NCBI GenBank assembly: GCA_001642005.1
Contig: LWCA01000016.1
Span: forward strand, 1 to 64,000
From: Intoshia linei
Lineage: Eukaryota; Animalia; Orthonectida
Direction: 5' to 3'
Length of the DNA stretch: 64,000 nucleotides
Shown here: positions 50,632 to 62,441 of the stretch, piece by piece
Numbering within the stretch: the first letter of the stretch is position 1
Layout of the letters: each line of letters starts with the position of its first letter
Position numbers and translations under genes: made by a program
The notes under the pieces: generated by a model
Told to the model about the DNA's origin: nothing
The model's database searches: none
Seen by the model: the letters and a program-made list of their open reading frames with translations, nothing else

Positions 50632-53410
50632 TAGGGTGTCACATCGATTTTAAATTTTGAGAATTTGAAAAACTAAGTAGCTAGGTGGGGTGTATTTTTG
50701 AATGCAGATCACGATGTTAAAAACAGTTTTTCAAAAAAGTCAGTAACGATGTTGCGTTGCTCAATTAACTAATTAACAAAAAATAGCTAAATTCAACTTT
50801 ATTTTCATGTTTTTTTTAATTTTTTCATACAAAAACTTAAATTCCTGCTTCGTTTGCGGAGAAAAATTAAAAAAAATTGTATATTTAAATATATCGTGTT
50901 CATCTAAATCATTTACAATTGACTTTATTTTATAATATCAAAAAAAAACTTTGAAAATTATAGTTATTATTATTTTGTTTTGGTGTTTAAACAATATTTT
51001 ATGGGGTAAATAAATGTAGACACTTTTTGTAACGTTTCGAAAATTTTACTCTAATGATAGAAGAGACATTAAGATAGTAATAATACAACAAAAATTTTAT
51101 ATATCCTCAATAGACCAATAAAATAAATAATTTTATAAGTTTTTATTTCAAATCAATATGTGATTATTTAATTAAGTGGTTCTCAATTAGGGTAATTTTA
51201 CTATCTGAAGGAGAGAAATTGAAAATTCAAGAATTATCCATTAGAAAATAAAATTTGGAATATTTAACAATCTTAGAAAGTAAATTTTTATGAATTGAAT
51301 GTAACTGAAGTGGGTTTAGTTTTATATTCTTTATTGAAAAATTCCTGATCTATTACAGTAGTGGTATTCTACCTTTATCTGTTCGCGACCCCTTATAAAC
51401 ATCAAGAAGAATCAAATTCTTGACCCATATCATCTATTTAAATATACCTTCATTATCATTGAATTCTAATCTCAGTTTATTTTATAAAATGTCAAATAGA
51501 AAAGGTAATATTTTCTGCGGCCTATTTATAAATTTCAAATTTAATACTGCAAAATTACCGACGTATATGAATGTTCTAAAAAGAATGCTTAATTTAAAAG
51601 AAAATAAAATGATATATACGTTTAATATTTTAGCAAAAGAAATATTTGAAATATATAAAAAAACAGGATTAAATATCATTTTTGAATAGGTAATTAACAA
51701 AAGACTCGATATATTTTACGTCGAATATAGAAAAGTAGAATTTTGTTTTAATTTAATTAAATAAAATTTAGATATCCAGGAATCCTCACACTTCGAGCTA
51801 AGATATTTTTATATTATCTTGAAAATGACTTGTTTGATTGTTCTAAACTTGATCAATCTAAAAGCTTGAAGGAAGATATATAATTCTTAGAAGCTCAAAA
51901 AAATTTGTCGGTAGTATGGCAGGCCCTTCTACTATTTTACATCCATATAACCTTCCCCCAAAAAAAAATCAATATCGAAAAATAAAATAAAGAGAATTGA
52001 TCAAAATGGAAAATATTCAAAGGATAATTACATCTATACATTTAGTGATGAATCAATTAATTCAAATAAAGCAAATATTAGTGTTGAAATGGATAAATTG
52101 AGAGAGTGCGACAGAAAAAACATATCTTTACGTGGATCTTCTTCTTTAATGGGAGTATCTCACAAAACACTGCGTAGAAAGTTAAGCCACCAAAGAAAAT
52201 CGGATAAAGAAAATATTATAAAGAAGGTACATGAAATGAACAACGTCGTTGTATATTTCGATGGAAAGAAATTTGATGGTGGTGAACGCATGGCTGTTGT
52301 AATTATTGATATAGTTAATAAATTTGAGATTATATTAGGAGTTCAACTGCAATCGGATGCTAAAGATATTACAACAACAATCCTCTTTGTTCGAGATGAC
52401 TATCGGTATAATTTATTATATAATATACAACTAATTATATAAATAGAGAATGCTGCAATTTACTGTTGAGCATTTTTAAAGGAACTAAAATATTACTATT
52501 GAAGCCTGGTGCAGTATCACATGCAAAGTGGATGGCAAAAATAATATATTAATTAAAATCATACATTTTGGGATTAAATAGATCAGTAAATATGAAATTG
52601 TTCATTATTTTCATATATTATGGATATATAAAATATTGTTTAAATTGTTTCGACCCTAAGTTGGCATCTTAAAATGACATTGAAATGGTGAAAATGTGGG
52701 AAATTATGGCTAAATCATCTATAAATCTAAAATCCATTGTTAAGCAACAAAAGAAAAATACGATAACCATAAATATTAAAAAAATAAAGATTTAACAAGT
52801 ATAGGTATAGCACCAATTGTAAACGATGCAGCCAAAAGAGCATTACAAAAATATAAAAAAGCATTAAAATTGTCCACAAAAGAAGAAGAAATTTAAAATA
52901 TAGTGACTATTTTAAATAAATTTTAATATTTTATTGGTCTATTGAGGATATATAAAATTTTTGTTGTATTATTACTATCTTAATGTCTCTTCTATCATTA
53001 GAGTAAAATTTTCGAAACGTTACAAAAAGTGTCTACATTTATTTACCCTATAAAATATTGTTTAAACACCAAAACAAAATAATAATCATAACTATAATTT
53101 TCAAAGTTTTTTTTTGGTATTATAGAATAGAGTCAATTGTACATGATTTAGCTGAACCCGATATATTTAAATATACAAATTTTTTTAATTTTTCTCCGCA
53201 AACGAAGCAGGAATTTAAGTGTTTGTATGAAAAAATTAAGAAAAACATGAAAATAAAGTTTAATTTAGCTATTTTTTGTTAATTAGTTAATTGAGCAACG
53301 CAACGTCGTTACTGGACCAATCTGTGAGTTAGTCATCGGATTGTTATTTTTTTTCAAAAATACACCCCACCTAGCTACTCAGTTTGTTAAATTCTAAAAT
53401 TTTATAAATT
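50632..53410 (+). mobile_element. Degraded hATm-like DNA transposon with ~480-bp terminal inverted repeats
   Basis: Begins TAGGGTG. Positions ~50650-51125 are inverted at ~52928-53410. Internal transposase relics: VVYFDGK...ERMAVVI, KPGAVSHAKWMAKIIY*LK, IVNDAAKRAL...STKEEE. Confidence 0.75.
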
Positions 53411-55472
53411 AGGTTTAAATACTGATAAAGTTGCAAGCTGTTTAATGACTACTAAATATACGTCAATTAAGAATACTATTACATACACATTAATATAAAT
53501 TGATTTCTTCTAATTAAATTTAAAAGTCTATATTTGTTTCAATTTGCTAAAATATTAATCAATAGCACAACTTTTCATAGATTTATTTTATTATTAAATT
53601 TGTTTGATAATGTCAAATATTTATAAATTATTTTTGTTTGTCTTCTTTGCCATATTTTTGGTTGATCAAACTTTTGGTATGTTTTTACACTTATTATTTT
53701 TATATTAACAACATTTTCCGACATGTTAGAAGTCAATGACATTAGTACAATTTTAGTTTATAGAATAAAATGCGTATATAATGTATAAATAGTTTAATGA
53801 AAAATTGATATATTGAAATAAACAGACTAACAGCAAACGCTTATCTTTAAACATAAATAATTAACTAATATATACTACATGTTAACCTATTCCTCAAACG
53901 TAATTTTTAGTTAATACCAAAGTAGAAGAGTATCAAATAAGCGTGAAACTTTTTATTACTCAAAATCAATTTTAATTTAAATGATAAGAAAATCAGATTA
54001 AAACTAAATTAACTTACAATTGAAACAAATTAACCTTTTTGAAAATGTTGCGAATGCAATAATGTGTGAATACCAATGAGTATAGACATTGTTTTAAATA
54101 TTATGGAATAATATGTGTATTTGCATAATAAACGTATAACTGACGGGTATATAGAGTAGTAATCATAATAAATTATAATAATAGTTATTAATTATGATTA
54201 AAATTTGTGTGATTTTTATACAGGGCGAATGAACTTATTTAGTGTTTCATTGATATTTTAATTACTTTTCAAGAGTTAACATCAATGCAATGTACAATGA
54301 CACTGATCAATGATCATTGATCATGCTGTACAAATTTTTTCAGATTGATTATTATGATGAAAAATTAAAAATTTTGATTTTAAACTCGCTTGACTGTTAT
54401 GTATTTACTAAATAATTTAGTGTAATAACAGTGAAAATAAATACTTTACAACTGTAATTGATACAAGAATAGAAGAAAATGTGTGATTTGGCTAGAAAGT
54501 GGCCACCCTGTTCTAAATTATTTTTAGTATTCATAACTAATTTATTTGATAAAAACTATTATAGTTTACATTTACCTTAATTTAAGTGGAAATCGATTCG
54601 TCTATAATTTAAAGTTAATGATTTTCTGAATATCAATTAGATTTGGATTAAATTTCGTCAAATTATAAGCGTTGTTCTATATAATTAGATGTATATTATT
54701 AGAATATTATCAACTATTAAATACGTCTCAAAAATTAAATGACAATAATTAAGAAATGCGTGCAAAGCATACACGTGGCATGCGTATAATTAAATATAAA
54801 TTGGTCTGAAAAAATTATTTTTGATTTAAATTTATTTTGATTTGATATTTCAGCACGCATTTTATAGAAATTATATCAAAACTCTGAACACTCTCGTTTT
54901 GTTTGGGATGACTTTGATTTTACGCAGTGAAATCACATGAATCAGACAAGAAATCATGTAAACTAAAATGGTATACACTAGTGATGGCAAAAGCCGTTTT
55001 CGTTTCAAAATTCACATCTGACGTTTTTTTATACAATACAAAAAATATACCTTAAAAAATCATAAAATAAATAAATTCCATGTGTAAACAAGGTTCACTT
55101 TCGTAGCATTTAAATCTACAACATATGTTTAACGAATATTGTTAATTCTCTTGAAAAAATTGCTAAAATTACTCATTTTCTCTCTTAAATGTAAATTTTA
55201 TATAATTTATGTCAGCCCAAATTGTAAGGCTGCTTAACATTTTATTTTGTTTCCATCACTGGTATACACTATGGTTGGCACTATATAAAATTTTATTGAT
55301 TAATTGCAATCATTAATATACCCCTCATTAAAAATAACTCAAATAAGAAAATGTAGTTTTAAATAGTAATGACTTTGACAAGGAAAACCCTCATGTGTAT
55401 ATCATTAATTTTGTAAATGTGTATTAGACTTGTTTGACAATCAGTGCATAGAGTTTACAATTTATATAAATA

Positions 55473-57181
55473 CTAGCTTGACTGTTATGTACTACGTACA
55501 AACAGCACATAGCTCTGCCGAGGGTACATTTTTATTATACTAAAAATATAAATTCACGTTGAAAATCTAACTTAAAAACCCTACTATTAACTATTATCAA
55601 TCCTTTCAAGAAGTGGTTCCCTAATTTTTTTCAGGTGGAAATATCATATCACATTACTTTTTACTTTAAATTGAATTATTTCATCTTAATTTTTTGTTTA
55701 ACATTTGCGTAAAGAATTTTAAAAACAATTGTTATCTTATTTTTTTTTTTATTAGACAGAATGTGTGTATAATATTAAAAATAAAGTAAAAACAATCCAA
55801 TACTAAAAATTGTCATAAAGGTGTGAGTTTTGGAAATTGAAATTTATATTATTATATGTAAAAATTGTCATAAATACCATAAATTCCAAAAATAATAAAA
55901 TTATAAAAACCTATTTTGTCACTTTCAATGTGACGATATATATTCAGTACCAATTTAATAAATACTTAAAAATATCAATTGTGTATCAATAATTAACTGA
56001 ATCTTCACTTTATAAACATTTCAGTCGAATTTTACCATTAGTGCAAAGGATTGTAATATAAAAATAATATTAACAAAGTTTTTGTAGTTTCTTATTTAAA
56101 TTTGAATGTTTTAATAGAAATGTTTTGAGAATAAAAATTTGAAATTTAAAAATTGCGTAGCAATGAAAAAAATTCCGAAGGAATGAATTATGTAGATTTT
56201 CACACATCTGTCTTTATTGGAAATGTGTATGTAATGTTCAGATGTTATATGTGTAATTTTATTAAATACAAATAAGATATTATTTGATGTTTCACGTGTA
56301 TTGTTTGTCTTGAACTTCACTTGAGTGTATCTAGGTTAAGTGTAGTTACGTAATGAAGTTATGTACTATGTAGATGTACAATGCGCATTTTTTTTGAAAT
56401 TGTAGGATCAATATTTACTTTTTCAATTTTTGATTTTAATCGAAATATTTGAAAAATATTGATTGATAATATATTAAAAATTATTTTTCACCTGGAATAC
56501 TTAGATTTCTGGGGTTGAAATTTTCTATTTATATTAACTGGAATAAGCTCTATCAGAATAATCTTTTTTTAATTTTCGGACCGTTAATTATTTCAAATGN
56601 TTTTTTAAAATTATAGGGCTGTTTTCAAAAAAAAGGCATTTTGGGTTTTGGCCCTGAAGATATAATTTTTTTATATTTAAATTTAAAGATAATTTTTATG
56701 ATTTTAAAATCCGCATCAGCGTATATATTTTTTTAATCTCTCCAACTCGTTTGATTTTCAAAAAGAGGGACAACAGGGGTTTTTGACCCGTANAAAGAAG
56801 GGTAATTTGAGGTTTTTGCCCTGAAGATTTAATTTTTTTAAATTTAAATTTATAATAATGTTTATGATTTTCAAAAAGAGGGACAACTGGGTTTTTGACC
56901 CGTAAGATGTGAAATTGGGAGGTTGAAATTTATCTTAATATATGCCCCGAAAAAAACTGTAATTGAAACGTGGTCTTTAAAAAATTCTAAGAGTGGTAGT
57001 TATTTCAATAAAGTTTTTGACCCGTAAGATGTGAAATTGGGAGGTTGAAATTTATCTTATTATACTCCGGAAAAAACTAATTGAAATGTGGTCTTTAAAA
57101 AGTTCTAAGACTGGTAGTTATTCAAATAAACCGTAACAGACACACAAACAAAAATCGCGTAGCATATTATATAAGTTAGGA
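55473..57181 (-). mobile_element. Long non-autonomous Helitron (contains assembly Ns at 56600 and 56793)
   Basis: Same termini as 46519-46925 (actagcttgactgttatgtactacgtacaaacagcac ... atattatataagttagga), with internal tandem subrepeats. Confidence 0.75.
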
Positions 57182-57244
57182 TATTTAGAGTGTCTAATTA
57201 AATCCAACCATTCTTATTAAACATCACAATTTCTAACACTTTAG

Positions 57245-57735
57245 TGAAAATTCCAGTTTACCAACCCTAAAACGAAAAATCCAGTTTTACCAACCCCAAA
57301 AAGAAAAATGCTGTTTTACCAACCCTTAAGGGAAAAATCCAACTTTACTCAATTGCGGAGTCTCCCATAACAAACTCAGTATCACAAACAAAACAAATTC
57401 AAGTTCTTAAATAGAAAGATTATCGATAAACAGATGTTATAACCGCTTTAATACTTACTTAAACTGATGATGAAACAAATAAAACGTTTTAAAATAAAAT
57501 TAAATTTTATATAATATAGTTATGGATTTTTCCCTTAAGCCTTAAGAATTGTAAAACTGAATTTTTTTTTTAGGGTTGGTATAACTATATTTTTCCCTAA
57601 TGAGTTTGTAAAAGTGGTTTATCTCTGAATGATTGGTAAAACTGGAATTTTCCTTCAAGGGTTGTTAAAACTGAATTTTTACTTCTAAGGTTGGTAAAAC
57701 TGGATTTTTCCTTAAAGCTTAGTAAAAGTGATTGT
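57245..57735. repeat. Two oppositely oriented arrays of the ~30-bp minisatellite flanking a unique core
   Basis: AAAAATCCAGTTTTACCAACCC units at 57245-57350 and their reverse complement (GGTTGGTAAAACTGGATTTTT) at 57525-57735. Confidence 0.7.
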
Positions 57736-57756
57736 TAGTAGAAGTGATTGAGTTTN

Positions 57757-58147
57757 TTTTTATATGTGTTAACAGGATACAACTGTACCACCTGTAAATT
57801 TTTTAAAATTATAGGGCTGTTTTCAAAAAAAAGGCATTTTGGGTTTTGGCCCTGAAGATATAATTTTTTTATATTTAAATTTAAAGATAATTTTTATGAT
57901 TTTAAAATCCGCATCAGCGTATATATTTTTTTAATCTCTCCAACTCGTTTGATTTTCAAAAAGAGGGACAACAGGGGTTTTTGACCCGTAAGATGTGAAA
58001 TTGGGAGGTTGAAATTTATCTTATTATACGTCCCGGAAAAAACTAATTAAAATGTAGTCTTTAAAAAATTCTAAAAGTGCTAGTTATTTCAATAAAGTAG
58101 GACACACACACAAACAAAAATCGCGTAACTTTTTATATAAGTTAGGA
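57757..58147 (-). mobile_element. Helitron fragment adjoining an assembly gap
   Basis: Near-identical to 56601-56792 and the Helitron 5' terminus (ataagttagga). Confidence 0.7.
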
Positions 58148-59189
58148 TCATAGTACTAATCATTCTGAAAAACCAAATGTGATAAAATACCATTTTTTGT
58201 AAATAAAAACACTAATGCACCAAACGTATAACAGAGAATATGTGGTAGATAATTTGAAATATTCATATTGATTCTTTAAATTTGTAATTTTGATAAAATG
58301 TTACCATGTATAAAAAATAAAATAAACAACTAGACATTTAAAGGGTATTTTGAAAACGTCTATAAAATTATTGCATAAATAACCGAAATTTGAACGTCGA
58401 TAAAACCACAAAAATCGAGCTAGAATCAAATTTTAAAAATTGAAATGTATAGTTAAGCGTGGGTGTTGAGACCATAAAGTATAAACCATGACAGCTTACC
58501 ACAATGTTGTTTTTGTAAAAAAAAAAGTTACATTTAAATTTTTATTTACTATTTTTAAGTTATTTATTAGTTATTATTATTAATAGATTATTATAGGATT
58601 CCTATATCAAAAATATACTTTTATGCAAGGACAGCTTAAACCTAAATAATATGTTAGGTTTAAGCTGTCATTGTTTATCAATCAAATAATTGTTTAATTG
58701 TTTTTATAATATTTTACTTTATTGGCAATTACTGTTTCAGTGACCATTTGTCACTATTACGAATGGGGCATTGATACATTTTTGGTTAGTATGGTAGAAA
58801 TTTTGGGATTCGCTGAGATAATTTTCCGTGAGAGTCTAACCGTACTACTTAGAAAATTATTCACTGACAGTTTATCTAGTCATTTTATATATTCACTTTA
58901 TTTATTGATTTATTATTTATATATTAAATATTATGAATAAACTAAAAGTGGATCATGTAATTAAAATTTAAAATTTGTCGACAATTTAAACATTAACAAC
59001 TCATTACGTCGATCAATTTTAAAATGTAATATGTGTAAACGTTAAATAGTTTACCGTATTAATGATATTAATATGAAATATCAAATATTGGTTCCTTGAG
59101 TCTGTCAATATAAAATGTAAACATGGAGACAGTTAATATTTCATTTAGAAATTCTAACAGAATGGTGAATATATTCATTTTATTGTGAA

Positions 59190-59508
59190 ATGAGTCCATT
59201 AAAATTACCCAAATCAAAGATTTCAAGTAGTTTCAGGGAGAAACAGTTTAGCTTGTTACACTGGAATAAACACATGGAAAAATACCAAGGTATAGAAGAT
59301 AATTCCAAAATTATCAACCATGTTGAAATGGCTAAACATAATAATTTTCAGGATGCATGGATTTCTATTCAAGGTTTTTTATTTATATTAAAATTTAATT
59401 ATATTAGGAATCATTTATGATGTGACTGAATTTTTAAATTATCATCCAAGTGGAGAAGATGAACTTATGAGAGTTGCGGGATTAGATGGAACTTTCTTTT
59501 TTAATCAT
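59190..59508 (+). CDS. CYB5R4: Cytochrome b5 domain N-terminus of a CYB5R4/NCB5OR-like protein (5' fragment; remainder lost at the gap at 60014)
   Basis: FSLLHW...EMAKHNNFQDAWISIQG|IIYDVTEFLNYHPSGEDELMRVAGLDGTFFFNH|. This matches the NCB5OR b5 signature (YHPGGEDELMRAAG). 34-nt intron at 59374-59407. Confidence 0.8.
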
Positions 59509-60014
59509 GTATTATTTTATTTTATAGATGGCGTGTTTACACAAGTACATATTATTTTTTTATTTATAATAATTTGAGAGTTAGGTTTATCGGAAATTGA
59601 TTTTGAGAAATTGAGTTTTTCAAAGTCAAAAAACCAAATTACCATTATTAAAAAATAAAATCAATTTTACAAGTTTATATAACATACAATACGCGACATA
59701 AGTCTTAGGCACCCTACACATTTTCATTAAAAACTACTATAAAGTTAATAAGGCGAATCTTGAACTTGAAATTAAATATCAGACTAATTAAAGAATGATC
59801 TCACCAATATATAACCATGCTGATGTTATAAACTACTTATAAAAAGATACATTTTAATATAGTTTTATTTGAAATATTAAAAATATTTACGACATAAGTC
59901 TTAGACACCTTGATAATTTCAATTAAAATTAATTAAATATCCATAAAAACGAAAAAAGTAATGAATTATTAATGATCTATAAATTAAAAATAACTATTTG
60001 TTTAGTAAATGACN

Positions 60015-60350
60015 TTATCGATAAACAGATGTTATAACCGCTTTAATACTTACTTAAACTGATGATGAAACAAATAAAACGTTTTAAAATAAAATTAAAT
60101 TTTATATAATATAGTTATGGATTTTTCCCTTAAGCCTTAAGAATTGTAAAACTGAATTTTTTTTTTAGGGTTGGTATAACTATATTTTTCCCTAATGAGT
60201 TTGTAAAAGTGGTTTATCTCTGAATGATTGGTAAAACTGGAATTTTCCTTCAAGGGTTGTTAAAACTGAATTTTTACTTCTAAGGTTGGTAAAACTGGAT
60301 TTTTCCTTAAAGCTTAGTAAAAGTGATTGTTAGTAGAAGTGATTGAGTTT
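60015..60350 (+). repeat. Exact duplicate of 57420-57755 abutting N gaps (probable assembly artefact)
   Basis: 336 bp appear identical, and each copy ends or starts at an N (57756, 60014). Confidence 0.85.
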
Positions 60351-60387
60351 AAGAATATTCTTAATATTTAAATTTATTTTTTTGTAG

Positions 60388-60629
60388 GCAAATATCCACA
60401 TCAAGATTATAATGCATACGAAAATGGCGAAGGTATAAGTACCTCAATGTAACTAATGTCCATTTAGGAACTATTCATTTACAAAAATATGGTAATTAGT
60501 AATTACATTCAAAAACATTTACCATTTAAATTCAAATATACAGTAAAATATCTGGTTAAACATGGCTTAAGTCTCAGTTATTGTGACAAAAATAATGAAG
60601 CTAAATATAAATTTAAAAATCAAAACTAA
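60388..60629 (+). CDS. Orphan 3' exons of an unidentified gene
   Basis: Three short AG/GT-bounded segments are open in phase 1: KYPHQDYNAYENGE-G-TIHLQKY-V-KYLVKHGLSLSYCDKNNEAKYKFKNQN*. No recognisable homology. Confidence 0.3.
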
Positions 60630-61159
60630 ACATACCAAATATGCTTTGAAAATGACTGATTAAGCCTTTTGTAGTTGCACCACAAAGAATTCTGATGTAA
60701 AATTGGAATTATTTTAGAAAACTATCGTTTCAGTCGGTATAGTGGTTACCAGCGGAATAAATATAATATGATACATTGCAATAATTTAAGTATTGAATTG
60801 AATAATTTACCAAAACCTCTAATTTTGAGATCCACAGTTTTTAGTAAACTTTGCAAAAAATGGTGTCCCAAATCGAGGTCTGACTGAATTACATATAGAA
60901 TGATATTTGTTTCTGGTAATGCACATTAAATCATTTGGGTAAAAAATTAAAAAAATAACGCCATTTTTTTTAAACTTATGCCCGTGGCCTCAAAAAGGTT
61001 ACCACCCTGCATGAAATTTAATAAAAAATAATTCTAGATGAGTTGGCGAAAGAGCAGGCATTAAGGCAATTTTTCAAATCAAGAGCTTTTCTAGGATAAT
61101 GTGTGCAATTAAATAATTAATAATTATAATCAATTTATTGTTGTATTATATAAATACAT

Positions 61160-62441
61160 TTATTCATAATTTGCAATAATTATCATTATAAATACTCCAA
61201 ATCCAATAGCCATTAAATGTAAACAAGAAGTAAAAATATTCGTACAACTTTTAATAATTTGCGGAAGTAGATTTACACACGATATGTAAATAAAACCTCC
61301 AGCAGTGATTGGCAAAGCATATTGGCTGGAATCTTTTACAAATTCTTCAACGTGTATTGCTAAAAATGTTCCAAATGGTCCACCGAGTGCTGTCAAAAAT
61401 TGAAGTAATATAGCCTAAATTTTTAATATAAATTATGACATTTTTTCGTTACATTTTAAATACAATCTAATACAAATTCGCCATTAATTTTTTAATTACC
61501 CGTAACAACCATTAGCGGCGGGGTAAATGTAAAAATTATTTTTTCATAATTTACAAAATATAAATATGAAAAAATGAATGAATGAATGAAATAAATTAAC
61601 AAATTGACTTTGATGGAACCTATTGTTTATCCATATTTCACAACCTCAATAAATGGGACTGATAAACGCAAACATTTCCGTAAAATAATGTATTTCAAGT
61701 AACCTTATGCTTAGAAATTCCCGATTGAACTAAAACAGAAAAATCGCCAACTTGATGTGGAAACTCGTGTAAAAGAATCATAAAACTTGACCCAAATCCA
61801 ACCTCCTTTGAAACATTAAATGAAGATCCAATAGCCAAACCATCGGTAAAATTGTGCAAAAAGTCTGCAATCAAATTAAGAATTGCTGCAGAAGAGATAG
61901 TACAACCGGCTGTAGCTAAAATAATTTTTTTTAAAAATTAATACTTTCAACGTCAATTACACAATTCCTTCTTTTTCAATTGTTTGAATCGTTTTCTATC
62001 TGAAGTGTCTTTTATTATTCTGACTATAATTTCTAAAACCATAAAAATTCCCATTCCAATTAGGACATATAGTCCTGTTTTCATTTCAAAATTATGGTTG
62101 TGAGTATGTTGTTGATGAGCATGGTCATGTACATGGTGAGAATGGTCATGTAAATGGTGAGAATGGTCATGTAAATGGTGAGAATGGTCATGATCATGAT
62201 GAGAATGTAAATTTTGGTTATCTTGACTCACGTGTGAGTGACCAGCAAGTGCATGTGGAATGATATGAAGGAATGCATCACCCAACATACCTCCAGCTGC
62301 AAATGTTATCATAAGTTTAAAAAATATATCGTTTCGTTTAGAAGTATCAAACCGAATCAAATATAGAAAGGTTGCAGGTATCATCGATACGGCTAGAGAT
62401 ACCATAATTATCATGAAATGGTCTTCGTCTTTTGCCAACAT
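61160..62441 (-). CDS. SLC39A7: LIV-1 family zinc transporter, ZIP7/SLC39A7 (Catsup/KE4)-like, 3 exons
   Basis: [18 protein letters not shown]; His-rich loop; [21 protein letters not shown]; [19 protein letters not shown]; [11 protein letters not shown]; [18 protein letters not shown]. Confidence 0.9.

Noticed and set aside
51420-53282. Short ORFs (51420, 51482, 53058) as host genes
   Set aside because: They lie inside the hATm-like element or its TIRs.
54220-54580. Possible exons of a small plus-strand gene (MNLFSVSLIFLITFQ..., MCDLARKWPPC...)
   Set aside because: No consistent spliced reading frame or homology could be built by eye.
58722-58940. 72-aa ORF, or an opposite-strand exon-like stretch upstream of CYB5R4
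   Set aside because: Non-ATG start, no motif, and no compatible upstream exon on either strand.
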